From Escherichia phage 4MG: a DNA stretch of 64,000 nucleotides. This document shows positions 28,788-38,062 of the stretch, piece by piece. The position numbers and the translations under genes are program-made. The stretch is from sequence record NC_022968.1; one strand, written 5' to 3'. Each line of letters begins with the position of its first letter. Position 1 is the stretch's first letter. Under the pieces are notes generated by a model, which was not told where the DNA came from, did not search any database, and saw nothing but the letters and a program-made list of their open reading frames with translations.

Positions 28788-28958
28788 ATGCTGTCATTAA
28801 CCACTATCGCTTTTACCCTGAACCTTATCGCGGCGGTACTAAATACCTACATCGGTTTCCAGGGAAAGTCTACGTTCAATCTCGGCCTTGCGATGTTTAA
28901 CTGGCTCCTGACAGGGGCATTTCTGGCTGCGTTGGCACACGAGACAGGGTTATAATGA
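28788..28958 (+). CDS. small membrane protein (56 aa)
   Basis: Below track cutoff; AAAGGAGAAATAAAAC RBS. Confidence 0.35.
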
Positions 28959-29202
28959 AAGCTCATCGCTGGAACGTACCAAAAACGAAAAAGATGACAG
29001 ACATTCAGTACCTGTTCGGCGTTGCCGGGGTGCTTATGTGTGTGGTAGCATTCATTGGTTTTTGGTTGCTCATCCTTGCGGCGCTGCTGTCATGAAGCCG
29101 ATGAGCGAGTACCTGCTGTGCTTCCTGTACTTCGTTATGGTCTTTGCCATTGGAAGCGTTGTCTGGGGCATGTTTATTTTCCTTACCAACTGAGGATAAA
29201 AG

Positions 29203-29385
29203 ATGACACATGAAGATTATGTAAAAGATATGGATGACAAATCCCTGCGACAGCATGTTGAGCATGGAAGACAATTCCTCATTGACCACCCTGAGCCGGA
29301 GGCCCTGAAAGGTCGTAGTCAGGTCCGTAAGTGGGTTGAGTGTGCAGAGCGTGAACTGAAACGGCGATTCCCTGATGAATCGTAG
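29203..29385 (+). CDS. hypothetical protein
   Basis: RBS TGAGGATAAAAG. Confidence 0.45.
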   Translation: MTHEDYVKDMDDKSLRQHVEHGRQFLIDHPEPEALKGRSQVRKWVECAERELKRRFPDES

Positions 29386-29683
29386 CATCACCTATGCCGA
29401 TATCAGCGCGTTGACCAGAGACCTTCTTCAAAGAACCTATCCTAAAGGGAAGGCTCTTTGCATTCGTGCTGACTCTGACTTCTTCCGTGTTGGGGAGTCT
29501 TACGATATCGTCCGTATCGATCACTGGGAAGATACAGTCCACATAGCCACCGGGAATTATTTTGACGATGTTCTGGTCTGCGGAAGAACAATGTACGAAG
29601 GCATTGTTGCGGCTAAGGTCGAGAACGAAGAAAATGTTTACGTGTTTGATATTTGTGAGAGGAGACAAAAACGTGAAAGTTAA
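29375..29683 (+). CDS. hypothetical protein
   Basis: Overlapping start. Confidence 0.45.
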   Translation: MNRSITYADISALTRDLLQRTYPKGKALCIRADSDFFRVGESYDIVRIDHWEDTVHIATGNYFDDVLVCGRTMYEGIVAAKVENEENVYVFDICERRQKRES

Positions 29684-29903
29684 TGTAACACAGAAGAACA
29701 AAGCCAGAGCGATCATTGGTGAACTGGAGGCTGGCGACGGATTCCTTTTTGACGGGTATCCATATATGGTTTGTGAGAACGGCTTGCTGGTGAACTATAA
29801 AGGCTACGTGCCTGCGGTTTGCCTTCGTAATGCAAGAATTGTGACCATCCGATTTGAAACGGAGGTCCAGTTAACGCAGATCGATGTGGAGTACACCGTA
29901 TGA
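29673..29903 (+). CDS. hypothetical protein
   Basis: GTG start after GAGGAGACAAAAAC. Confidence 0.4.
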   Translation: MKVNVTQKNKARAIIGELEAGDGFLFDGYPYMVCENGLLVNYKGYVPAVCLRNARIVTIRFETEVQLTQIDVEYTV

Positions 29904-30292
29904 GTGAAATGCGAATAACCGATGACCCTATCAAGGCCATTGAGGGGACAGTTGGTGATATTACCATCACAGGGACTGGGGTTTACTACCCAGCACACAG
30001 AACGATCAGCATCAGCCAACCGAATGCAAATCGGCCAGACGACGAAGATTTTGTCCTGATGTGCGACGTTTCAGATTTGCCTAAACTGATCGCTGCCCTG
30101 AAAGAAATCCAGAAAGCATATGAGGGGCCGATCTCCTATAGTGGAGAACGATCTGCACACTACGCTAGTGGCTGGGATGATTGCATGAGACATCACAGAG
30201 GCCCACAACTACCAGACGGTTACCGTGGACCCTTGGGTGTTGTAAATAGCGAATATGATGAAGGCTGGAATGATGCCTGGGATTTCTTATAG
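29900..30292 (+). CDS. hypothetical protein
   Basis: ATGA overlap. Confidence 0.45.
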   Translation: MSEMRITDDPIKAIEGTVGDITITGTGVYYPAHRTISISQPNANRPDDEDFVLMCDVSDLPKLIAALKEIQKAYEGPISYSGERSAHYASGWDDCMRHHRGPQLPDGYRGPLGVVNSEYDEGWNDAWDFL

Positions 30293-30300
30293 GAGATGCC

Positions 30301-30720
30301 ATGATTGATTATGATATGCTGAATGAGTATTTCCTCCATGAACGCCATGAGCGGTTGATGGTTGTTTACAAAGAGGGCAGTGTTTCACAGGCAGAGCTAT
30401 ATCGCAGACAAAAGTACCTGAAGGCTTACTACTTCGTCAGTGATAAGCGAGAACTGCGGATGATGATCTGCGGAATCCGGTTCAGTGGTGTCATCATTGA
30501 GCCTGGTGCAGACCTGACCTACGAGAATTTCCGTTACTCGATGAGCCGTATGCGGTCAGAAGATGATGACCTGTTATTTGTGATGGACGATAAACATAAG
30601 GAACGTCTGGACGATATCATGGAAGAGTTCTGGGAAAGTTCCAGCAACAAAGAACTCATGGATAAATTCAAGGAGCGGATCAAGTTTGTAAAAATGGAGG
30701 ATACGAAATGTCAGCATTAA
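30301..30720 (+). CDS. hypothetical protein
   Basis: RBS TAGGAGATGCC. Confidence 0.5.
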   Translation: MIDYDMLNEYFLHERHERLMVVYKEGSVSQAELYRRQKYLKAYYFVSDKRELRMMICGIRFSGVIIEPGADLTYENFRYSMSRMRSEDDDLLFVMDDKHKERLDDIMEEFWESSSNKELMDKFKERIKFVKMEDTKCQH

Positions 30721-30899
30721 TGGTTGTGCTCTGGGTATTGTGGTTTGTGATCGCCGTGCGACTGAACTTCGAATTCGTTGGAATGCGGAGCATGGTTCAG
30801 TTCTTCCCGGAAGGCTGGCGTTGGTGGATGTTGCCAGTACAACTGTTGACACTCTTCAACTTCGCCATGTGTGTACTCTTCAATCCGTTTTCGGGGTGA
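30708..30899 (+). CDS. small membrane protein
   Basis: Hydrophobic; overlapping start. Confidence 0.45.
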   Translation: MSALMVVLWVLWFVIAVRLNFEFVGMRSMVQFFPEGWRWWMLPVQLLTLFNFAMCVLFNPFSG

Positions 30900-30903
30900 T
30901 ACC

Positions 30904-31332
30904 ATGATAAAACATTGCCACAATTGCAGTGCCTGTTGTGAAGTTATCGCTATAGACAACATCACACACGAAGACTTCCACGAAAAGATCAGGACCGGAA
31001 GAATATCCGCTATCCACGGGGAGATGATGAAACCAATCTCCAGGGATGAGGCCTACAAACGGAATCCTCTTGTTGTTACAGGTCGTGAGGAAGTTGGTAA
31101 AGGAACAAAACACTTCACCAGCTACTTTACCTGCACAAAGCTGAAAGACAACAAGTGCTCAATGTACGAGGATCGCCCGTACATGTGCAGCGGGTATCCG
31201 TTCTATGACCGGGAGCCTGTTGACACACAATCCCACGCTTCTCTGTGCAAGACACAGCTACGCAGGAAGGACACCCCGTACTCACCAACATGTACGTATG
31301 TCCCAACACTAATCGCGGTCAGAAATATCTAA
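30904..31332 (+). CDS. Cys-cluster protein (YkgJ-like CxxCxxCC)
   Basis: CHNCSACC near N-terminus plus further conserved Cys residues. Confidence 0.45.
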   Translation: MIKHCHNCSACCEVIAIDNITHEDFHEKIRTGRISAIHGEMMKPISRDEAYKRNPLVVTGREEVGKGTKHFTSYFTCTKLKDNKCSMYEDRPYMCSGYPFYDREPVDTQSHASLCKTQLRRKDTPYSPTCTYVPTLIAVRNI

Positions 31333-31356
31333 CCCACACAATAATGGAGCTTAAAG

Positions 31357-31914
31357 GTGACTAAGAAAAGAACAGAACTCAAGTTGTATAGACTAGTTTT
31401 CATGCTGGACCATATCAAAGAGTGCGATGTTGATGAGACTGGGTATTTGATATATCCAACAACAGACAATAAGTTGTACGACATATACATACTTGCTGAA
31501 AATAAAGAAAGTGTCATATTCAGGGCGGGAAGCTCCATAGCGGATCGCCAATCCTATTTTGGGATTGGTAATTTTTGGGGTGATGTAGAGGTCCTGAAAG
31601 TGGAAGAGATCCCCAGTGAAGACTATAAGGAATATATCATCACCGACACCCCTTTTGAAGGGGGTGGATTAAAGGTCTGGTGTTCAGGACCTGGTTATGA
31701 AAAGAGTAAATGGGAAGAGCTATGCGATGTCAAAGAAGGTACTAATATGCTCCGTGTATCAGACCTCAATGCTCACGCCGGGTGTGGTGCAGTACCTGCC
31801 AAAACGATAGAGGCTGCGCTTGAGAGATACAGGCTAGAAAGGGCAGAGCAAGAGCGCAGACACAAGGAGCGGGAGGAACGGAAGCTCAAGAGGCAGGCAA
31901 AGAAAGTAAAGTAA
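31357..31914 (+). CDS. hypothetical protein
   Basis: Lys/Arg/Glu-rich C-terminus; followed by a terminator. Confidence 0.5.
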   Translation: MTKKRTELKLYRLVFMLDHIKECDVDETGYLIYPTTDNKLYDIYILAENKESVIFRAGSSIADRQSYFGIGNFWGDVEVLKVEEIPSEDYKEYIITDTPFEGGGLKVWCSGPGYEKSKWEELCDVKEGTNMLRVSDLNAHAGCGAVPAKTIEAALERYRLERAEQERRHKEREERKLKRQAKKVK

Positions 31915-31925
31915 CACACAACAAG

Positions 31926-31952
31926 GGAGCCTGAAGAGGCTCCTTTTCTTTT
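31926..31952 (+). terminator. rho-independent terminator
   Basis: GGAGCC-TGAAGA-GGCTCC hairpin followed by TTTTCTTTT. Confidence 0.8.
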
Positions 31953-31977
31953 ATCTAAAGTGGCACATCAATTTCCC

Positions 31978-32006
31978 TTGACCTGAAGTGTCCCGTCGAT
32001 TATACT
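31978..32006 (+). promoter_or_regulatory. sigma70-type promoter
   Basis: TTGACC - 17 nt - TATACT, then GAGGAG RBS and ATG at 32037. Confidence 0.7.
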
Positions 32007-32036
32007 CCATCTATCAATTACACGAGGAGAAATTTT

Positions 32037-32150
32037 ATGACTGGACTTGAATTTTTAGTGCTAAGTGCGTGGGTGTGCTTCATGCTGTTCGGAAGCATTG
32101 GCCTGCTTCTGTGGGTATCTGTTGGTCCAGTGGCTAAGAAGGACGAATGA
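32037..32150 (+). CDS. small membrane protein (37 aa)
   Basis: Below track cutoff; strong promoter and RBS; hydrophobic. Confidence 0.4.
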   Translation: MTGLEFLVLSAWVCFMLFGSIGLLLWVSVGPVAKKDE

Positions 32151-32326
32151 TGGAACTGATTATCTTGTGGGGACTGCTGATCCTCTGTGTTGTCCTGATA
32201 GTGCTTGCTATCTGCGCCATCTTCAGCGATGACGATGACGACACGCCTTCCTCCGGCTCAGGCACTGTTGATACCGCTATGCTGATCACCACACAACAGG
32301 CTATGGTTGTCACCATGATTTTATAA
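32150..32326 (+). CDS. small membrane protein (58 aa)
   Basis: TGATG overlap; hydrophobic N-terminus, acidic DDDDD tract. Confidence 0.4.
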   Translation: MELIILWGLLILCVVLIVLAICAIFSDDDDDTPSSGSGTVDTAMLITTQQAMVVTMIL

Positions 32327-32338
32327 GGAGAACACAAC

Positions 32339-32566
32339 ATGTTTATATTCAGCAAAGAAGTGGTCAACACCCTTCTGAAAGAGGCCCACCAGGAATTAAC
32401 AAGGGTTGAGGATGCCCTGCTTGCACTTCACGACAGGGGGTACGGAATGTGCTCTGAAGAGTTCGTTTCCCTGATGGAGTATCGCAGACTGACAAAGAAT
32501 TCCATTGAAGATCTGGAGAAGAAGTTCAAAAGACTTGGGCTGATTGAGGAGATCCTGAAGAAATGA
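32339..32566 (+). CDS. hypothetical protein
   Basis: RBS TAAGGAGAACACAAC. Confidence 0.5.
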   Translation: MFIFSKEVVNTLLKEAHQELTRVEDALLALHDRGYGMCSEEFVSLMEYRRLTKNSIEDLEKKFKRLGLIEEILKK

Positions 32567-32802
32567 AAGAGCACGAGTTCAAAATACGTTTCGACAAAGC
32601 CACAGGTGAGTGGCGTGTATGGGTGAAGGTTCCGTTCCTGTTCTTCTGGACCTGCTGGCAGGTTGTTTTCAAAACCCAGAATGGCATATACGGAAATCCG
32701 TTCTTTGATAGCGAAAGAGACTGCGAGAAAGGCATCGAGAAGTGGAAGCTGGAAAACGCACCGGACTATGAGCGTTACAACACAACCCACCGCAAACTCT
32801 AA
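32563..32802 (+). CDS. hypothetical protein
   Basis: ATGA overlap. Confidence 0.45.
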   Translation: MKEHEFKIRFDKATGEWRVWVKVPFLFFWTCWQVVFKTQNGIYGNPFFDSERDCEKGIEKWKLENAPDYERYNTTHRKL

Positions 32803-32811
32803 GGAGAACAC

Positions 32812-33099
32812 ATGGCTTTCCACAAGGTTGTAAAAGCGCCTGCGAAACGGGCGCATATAAAGAATTACCCACACAAGAAGTCTGAAGCGAGAGACCGAAG
32901 AGTGAAGTGGTTATGGGACTATACAAAATCACTTCTTGGGGTTATCCTCGTAAACAGCGGCTATCATAAGTTTCACTTCTACGAACAATGGAGTGCTGTG
33001 AAAAAAGAGCTTAAAGAACTCGATGCTTACGATGAGCGAAACACCTGGCTCATTATCTCAGATGTTAAGTGGGAGCACAACAGATTTTATCGGTGGTGA
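32812..33099 (+). CDS. hypothetical protein
   Basis: RBS TAAGGAGAACAC; last gene before the non-coding region. Confidence 0.5.
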   Translation: MAFHKVVKAPAKRAHIKNYPHKKSEARDRRVKWLWDYTKSLLGVILVNSGYHKFHFYEQWSAVKKELKELDAYDERNTWLIISDVKWEHNRFYRW

Positions 33100-33112
33100 C
33101 CACACAAAAGGG

Positions 33113-33141
33113 TTGACGTAAACTGTCAGCCCTGTTATAGT
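33113..33141 (+). promoter_or_regulatory. sigma70-type promoter with no ORF downstream
   Basis: TTGACG - 17 nt - TATAGT directly after the last plus-strand gene; no RBS or ORF follows. Confidence 0.55.
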
Positions 33142-34805
33142 CATTATACGCCACATCTCCTGAAGCGGGAGGATACAATCACCAGACCTGCGTGAAAGGT
33201 TGTACACCCTGTTAACATTCTGTCATGTCGATAAAACACCATTTCATAAACATATACCCCACAACATGTCGATGCTATAAACATGTCTGAAGTGACCCAG
33301 CAAATTAGCCGGGGACTAATCGCCTTGCGATATACCCACCCCTCCCCCGCCCGGAGGGAAACGTAAACAGGCCCCTCTCTTTGTGTTTTCTGGCACGAAA
33401 ATATCCTGAAGAGGCAGGGCCTCGAAGACAGGTGTTTCTGGGCGCAATCTCTATGTCTGATGTGTTAGACGGACAATCACAGCCCCTCCGGGTTGTCAAG
33501 GATCTTTACAAAATATCTGAGAGGTCTGACCACGAGACCCTATCGAGTTTTTGGCACGATGATTGCATGATGATTACGTGGCGCAACTAATGATTACAAG
33601 TGCAACTATTAGCAATGTGACAGTTTACACCTGTTACAGCACGATTTGCTCTTGACTTGCTTATATTTGTGTGAATGAGCCTATTTAACATAATACACGT
33701 TATGCGAACCACAGATCACCGGGAGACAGGCCATATAGTCACATATGTTATCATTGCATCAGTGAACCATACCACAAGGCAACCAATAGCCTGCTACATG
33801 TTACCACCACGACAGTTTCACGCTGTTATTATTCATTTTGTGGGGTGTTTTGTCGATGAGAATACAAATGATAATCATTCTGAATACGATTTCGATTTCA
33901 GTTTCGAAATGAAAACCATTCTCAAATGGAAAATATTTTGTAAATCTGCCATAAAAAGCTTGACACAGAGGGAAAAATGTGTTTAGCATTTAAGCCTATC
34001 TTGAGCATCCAACCGCAATGATAATCATTAACGTTAAGCCTTGCTACGCCTGGCTTTAATAGACTTTTCCTATCAATAAAAAGCTTGACAGTTTACACCT
34101 TTTCATGCTCAAGAAAACCGCTTTTCATCGGGCATCTAGCCCGGTTTACAACATGATTAATCATGATTTGTCAATCATTAAACATGATTAAACCGCTTTT
34201 GATCTTCATAACCTGGCGACACAATAACACGAGGGCGATCATGCGATAGCGTGATCGGTGTTATCGTGGCGAGGTTATAAAATACTTCAACTATGCAATA
34301 GTTGCATTATGAATTATTCATTGTTCTAGTCATCTTGTCTGTTAACGCTTAGGCGCTAACGAGCCACGATAACGCGAACGAAAACGATATTTATTATCGT
34401 TTGAGTTACCCTCGTGTTATTGTGTCGCTCGCTCCGCTCGCGCCACTCACCCCGATAACGCGAACGATATTTTTATTTGACAAAAGATGATTACTATGCT
34501 CAAAAAAGACAGTTCACACAAAGGGTTAGATGAGAAAAGTTATCATTTCAGGGCTTTTGCTTCGTATTCACTCAATTTGCATAAAAACACGGTGTTTATT
34601 CACTTGATAACCTGCGTTATCATTTTTGGGGTGTGAGTGAGTCAAAGGCGGGTAATGATACACGATTAAACGCAATATAACGCGTTTTGAGAGGGTTTAT
34701 CTGTTAGGCTTGCCGTTGTATGGCTTCAAAGAGATCTCTTTAAATTCACTTTTTTGCATAAAGACGGGTAAAGATTTAGTGTTTTGTTTGGGGTGTTGGT
34801 ATGAT

Positions 34806-34834
34806 ATGCAAAAAGCCGGGGATTATCCCGGCCT
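34806..34834 (-). terminator. rho-independent terminator (minus strand)
   Basis: Minus-strand hairpin GGCCGGGATAATCCCCGGC followed by TTTTTGCATAT, just after the stop of gene 34853-35062. Confidence 0.7.
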
Positions 34835-34852
34835 TACTTGGTGTGACTTTGA

Positions 34853-35062
34853 TCAGATAAACATTGCAGCATAATGATCGTAAAGGTCTTGCGCTTGTCT
34901 GGCAGGCCAGCGGCTTTCATCCACCGGGACACGTAGATCAATCGGGCGGCGATCTTTCAATCCGTTAACATGAAAAAATGTTTCACCTGTAAGCTGTACG
35001 ATCTCCAGTTTAACGAGGTTGTCAGAATCTTTTACGGTCTGCTGAATGAGAATAGTAGTCAT
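34853..35062 (-). CDS. hypothetical protein
   Basis: Trimmed ORF; minus-strand GTGGAG RBS. Confidence 0.45.
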   Translation of the reverse strand: MTTILIQQTVKDSDNLVKLEIVQLTGETFFHVNGLKDRRPIDLRVPVDESRWPARQAQDLYDHYAAMFI

Positions 35063-35068
35063 TTGCAA

Positions 35069-35434
35069 TTACTCCACAATTGTGATGGTTTGACCTGGTA
35101 ACAGGAAATTCCCGGTTTTATCGTCAAAAATTCCGGTTGCACTTGTTACGGTGACCGTTTCGCCTGATGTCACGATCATAACTTGGGATTCAGTTGGATA
35201 ATCAAAGGTGTAAAGGCGAGGTGTTAACGGCTTGCCGCTTTCTTTCGAATAGTTAACATCATAATCATAAACGGCTTGACATTTGATCGCTACCGTTTCG
35301 GCCTTGTAATAGTGGTTATCATAGCCATAGCCACGCATAAACGGCGCGGATATTTCCAGGACTTCACACAGCGAACCACGAAACAACATATCGCCTTTTT
35401 TCAGGTCTAAAAGGTTGATTTTCTTAAGATCCAT
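35069..35434 (-). CDS. hypothetical protein
   Basis: Leader hairpin plus AGAGGTAAACAAAATG. Confidence 0.5.
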   Translation of the reverse strand: MDLKKINLLDLKKGDMLFRGSLCEVLEISAPFMRGYGYDNHYYKAETVAIKCQAVYDYDVNYSKESGKPLTPRLYTFDYPTESQVMIVTSGETVTVTSATGIFDDKTGNFLLPGQTITIVE

Positions 35435-35457
35435 TTTGTTTACCTCTCAAAGTGTAA

Positions 35458-35474
35458 CGGGGCGACTAGCGCCC
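35458..35474. repeat. GC-rich leader hairpin (family member)
   Basis: GGGGCG-ACTAG-CGCCCC between two minus-strand genes, about 20 nt upstream of the start codon. Confidence 0.6.
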
Positions 35475-35484
35475 CCGATGATTA

Positions 35485-35862
35485 TTACTGATAAGCGGGA
35501 TCGTTGGTGATGTCGATCCAATGAGTTAAATCAATTTTGCCTTTTTCTTTCATTTTCTCGATCAGGCGGTCGGCTAATGTCTCAGAACGAACATAAACAT
35601 TCTCGCTAAAATCCTGGCCTGTTTCATCGTCGATCATTTCGCAATATTCGATTTTACCGATGAAAGCATGATTCAAGGCGTAAGTTTTACCAGTAAACCA
35701 GTTGTGTAAATGAATCTCGCATTTATAATCATCGCTACGGCCTTCAGTAGTCATAACGTCGATCAGATCACCTTTGAAAACTGAAAGATTCCACATGAGA
35801 TCTTTAGTTTTACCGCCAAAATCTTTAGTTTCTACGGTTGAAGCCAGGTTAATGATCGACAT
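35485..35862 (-). CDS. hypothetical protein
   Basis: First gene of a minus-strand unit; RBS AGAGGTAAATCA. Confidence 0.5.
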   Translation of the reverse strand: MSIINLASTVETKDFGGKTKDLMWNLSVFKGDLIDVMTTEGRSDDYKCEIHLHNWFTGKTYALNHAFIGKIEYCEMIDDETGQDFSENVYVRSETLADRLIEKMKEKGKIDLTHWIDITNDPAYQ

Positions 35863-35899
35863 TTGATTTACCTCTTAGTCTGTTTTGTTTGATTTCGTT

Positions 35900-35945
35900 T
35901 GTTTGCCCTACGAGATAAATATTACTATAGGGGGATCAGCACGTC
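35900..35945 (-). promoter_or_regulatory. sigma70-type promoter (minus strand), conserved family
   Basis: Minus-strand TTGACG - 17 nt - TAATAT followed by conserved CGTAGGGC. Confidence 0.5.
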
Positions 35946-36358
35946 AATAGCTCTTTACATAACTTTACACTATTCACTGTTTGCATCTTTATGCATCGCT
36001 ATGCAATTCATTTCATGGTGAAATTACTTTTTAGGCGTTTTTCCGTGTCAAGCTATTTTTATATAGCCTTTAAACGTCCTGTAACGCGTTTTAAGCGGTT
36101 TTGCGTCCAGGCTGTACCCTAGCCCGTTTTAACGGAGATCTCCCCATATTCACTATTTTGCATAGGATTTGAGGGTGTAGTGATAATCATTCTCATCGCC
36201 CAGCGATTAGCCCCCGGCTAACTATCTAAATGATAGTGATTCTCATTACCGGAATAACAGGCACCTCCGGTGGCTTTCCTCCGGTGTCCATCGTTGCCGC
36301 TTCCACAAAAGAATAACAAAAACCGGGACAGAAAACAAGCCCCGGAATTGTAAAGATT

Positions 36359-36676
36359 TTAGCGGATATTTATCCCGGCGGGTAGCCAGTAGCCAGAATA
36401 ATGATCATGAGGTGTGAACCCGTGGGACGGCTTTATATATGTAACTGATAACCATTCTCGATCATCCAGATAAAGCGCCTCATCTATTGCCACCACAAAA
36501 CACAATTCACCTTCACGATCTTTAACGGTTGCGATAGCGTGTTTTTCTATCGCCTTTTCAAGTGCAGCCAGGCCGCGCCGGAATTGTTCCGGGCGTGTGC
36601 GGTAACCTAAGTTATCCTCAGGGCAAAGTCTGTTTAAGGTAGCCCAGCTAACCGCAATCATTTTTTGAAGTGTCAT
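36359..36676 (-). CDS. hypothetical protein
   Basis: Trimmed to ATG with minus-strand AAGAGG RBS. Confidence 0.45.
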   Translation of the reverse strand: MTLQKMIAVSWATLNRLCPEDNLGYRTRPEQFRRGLAALEKAIEKHAIATVKDREGELCFVVAIDEALYLDDREWLSVTYIKPSHGFTPHDHYSGYWLPAGINIR

Positions 36677-36686
36677 TGTCTGCCTC

Positions 36687-37163
36687 TTATCTGTAACGGT
36701 GCATTGATTCACGATAGACCGATCCGCCGTCGAACTTCTCCGCACTTCTCAGGGCGTCCACTAGCTCGCACATTTTGCGGAGTACATACGAACAATGATC
36801 ATTAAAGTCAATGGCTTTTTTAATCATTTCCTCTTTACTCTCCCCATCAATAAAGACAAGTTGATCAAGGGCGTTATAGTGATCAAGCCAGGCGCGGATC
36901 GCGTCATGCTCCAGGGGGCGATCTGTCTGGCTAAAACTTGACAGGCCGAAAGATTCAAAAGTGTTTACATTGTCCATTAATTCATCATAAGCGGTTTCCC
37001 AGCTACTAGCCCAGAACTCAACCGCATCAGATTGAAAATCAGGATCATCAGGGTCAATAAAACAGATTGAAAAAAGTTGCAGGCCTTCACGCTTTGTTAA
37101 GGTATAGCGAGCACTATCAAGGGCGCGTGTTTTGGTGTCTTCTGGGGTGATTTCATATTTCAT
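36687..37163 (-). CDS. hypothetical protein (start uncertain)
   Basis: Track ORF trimmed to internal ATG. Confidence 0.4.
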   Translation of the reverse strand: MKYEITPEDTKTRALDSARYTLTKREGLQLFSICFIDPDDPDFQSDAVEFWASSWETAYDELMDNVNTFESFGLSSFSQTDRPLEHDAIRAWLDHYNALDQLVFIDGESKEEMIKKAIDFNDHCSYVLRKMCELVDALRSAEKFDGGSVYRESMHRYR

Positions 37164-37305
37164 TCTTTGATACCTATAAACGGAAAATGTGAGAGATCTG
37201 CGGGGCGTAAGTGTTGACTTTGAACCCATTCACCAGACATCAGAGCCAGGACACGGGAACCGCGCCAGCGGTAGCGATTCCCATTCAAAAGGTTAACGTA
37301 AATGA

Positions 37306-37533
37306 TCATGCGCCGTAAAGACCATCACTATTAAAATCATCCTCAAAAGAGGCCAAGTATTCGAAAAATTCAAACTCCATCGCGACAACATGTTTAACCA
37401 AATCAGCATTTTTGTATTCAGCCGGGGACAGGCGGATCGGCGCGTCACTATATAGATCCGTAAGTTCGATGTATTCCCCGACCTTTTGAGCGGTTACCGT
37501 GTTTTTCTTGTTGTCGAAAATTACTTGTTTCAT
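37306..37533 (-). CDS. hypothetical protein
   Basis: ORF with ATGA overlap to upstream gene. Confidence 0.45.
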   Translation of the reverse strand: MKQVIFDNKKNTVTAQKVGEYIELTDLYSDAPIRLSPAEYKNADLVKHVVAMEFEFFEYLASFEDDFNSDGLYGA

Positions 37534-37754
37534 GATATACGCTCAATAATAATGATTGCTTGCGGGATAGAATCAGGAGTAACGATCAGGGCTTTTGATT
37601 GACGAATTTTAAAGCCTAGTTTCGCTTTGCACACCGTGGCGGTCATTTTCCGCATTTCAGGATCTACGTTTGCACCTTCACAGAACCATACAGCCTTTTC
37701 ACCTGCGATAAGGTTGCGTAAAAATTCAGTTTGCCCGGTTTGATTCTTTAACAT
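37530..37754 (-). CDS. hypothetical protein
   Basis: Leader hairpin plus GAAAGGTAAACGAAATG. Confidence 0.5.
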   Translation of the reverse strand: MLKNQTGQTEFLRNLIAGEKAVWFCEGANVDPEMRKMTATVCKAKLGFKIRQSKALIVTPDSIPQAIIIIERIS

Positions 37755-37775
37755 TTCGTTTACCTTTCAAAGTAT

Positions 37776-37794
37776 GCCGGGGACGTTCCCCGGC
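37776..37794. repeat. GC-rich leader hairpin (family member)
   Basis: GCCGGGGA-CGT-TCCCCGGC, 8-bp stem and 3-nt loop. Confidence 0.65.
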
Positions 37795-37801
37795 TTGCTG
37801 A

Positions 37802-38062
37802 TTAGATTGATTTTTCGATATCGGCTAAAATCTCTTTTGCAAGAGTATAGTTTACATTCAGATCCCGCGCTATGTCTTCGGCTAACAGTTTACGACCTAC
37901 GTTACCGAAACTTAACATTCTTTTAACTTCTGGTAACCCTTTGCCCCAATAGTTATAGCAGGAATCACCGATATATTTTGAGTAAAACGCGTTATCGTTG
38001 CGAACTCCACCTAAAACAGCGACATTAACAGAGATAACGTGTTTAAAATTGTGCTTTTCCAT
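37802..38062 (-). CDS. hypothetical protein
   Basis: Leader hairpin plus AAAAGGTAAACAAAATG. Confidence 0.5.
   Translation of the reverse strand: MEKHNFKHVISVNVAVLGGVRNDNAFYSKYIGDSCYNYWGKGLPEVKRMLSFGNVGRKLLAEDIARDLNVNYTLAKEILADIEKSI

Larger units (their letters stand above)
33100..34852. other. 1.75 kb ORF-free region rich in repeats and palindromes
   Basis: No RBS-supported ORF on either strand; repeated AAAAGCTTGACA and GACAGTTTACACCT elements; TGATAATCATT palindromes; 19-bp inverted repeat 34216-34234 / 34411-34429. Confidence 0.7.

Noticed and set aside
33305-33986. Track ORFs of 62-103 aa inside the 1.75 kb gap (33305-33499, 33381-33590, 33675-33986, 33801-33989)
   Set aside because: No RBS, mutually overlapping on both strands, and composition unlike the surrounding genes; the region is better read as non-coding.
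33100-34852. tRNA genes in the long non-coding regions (also 35880-36360 and 45100-45950)
   Set aside because: Scanning by eye found no GGTTCGAnTCC-type T-loop with a matching acceptor stem. A tRNAscan-SE run would be needed to be sure.
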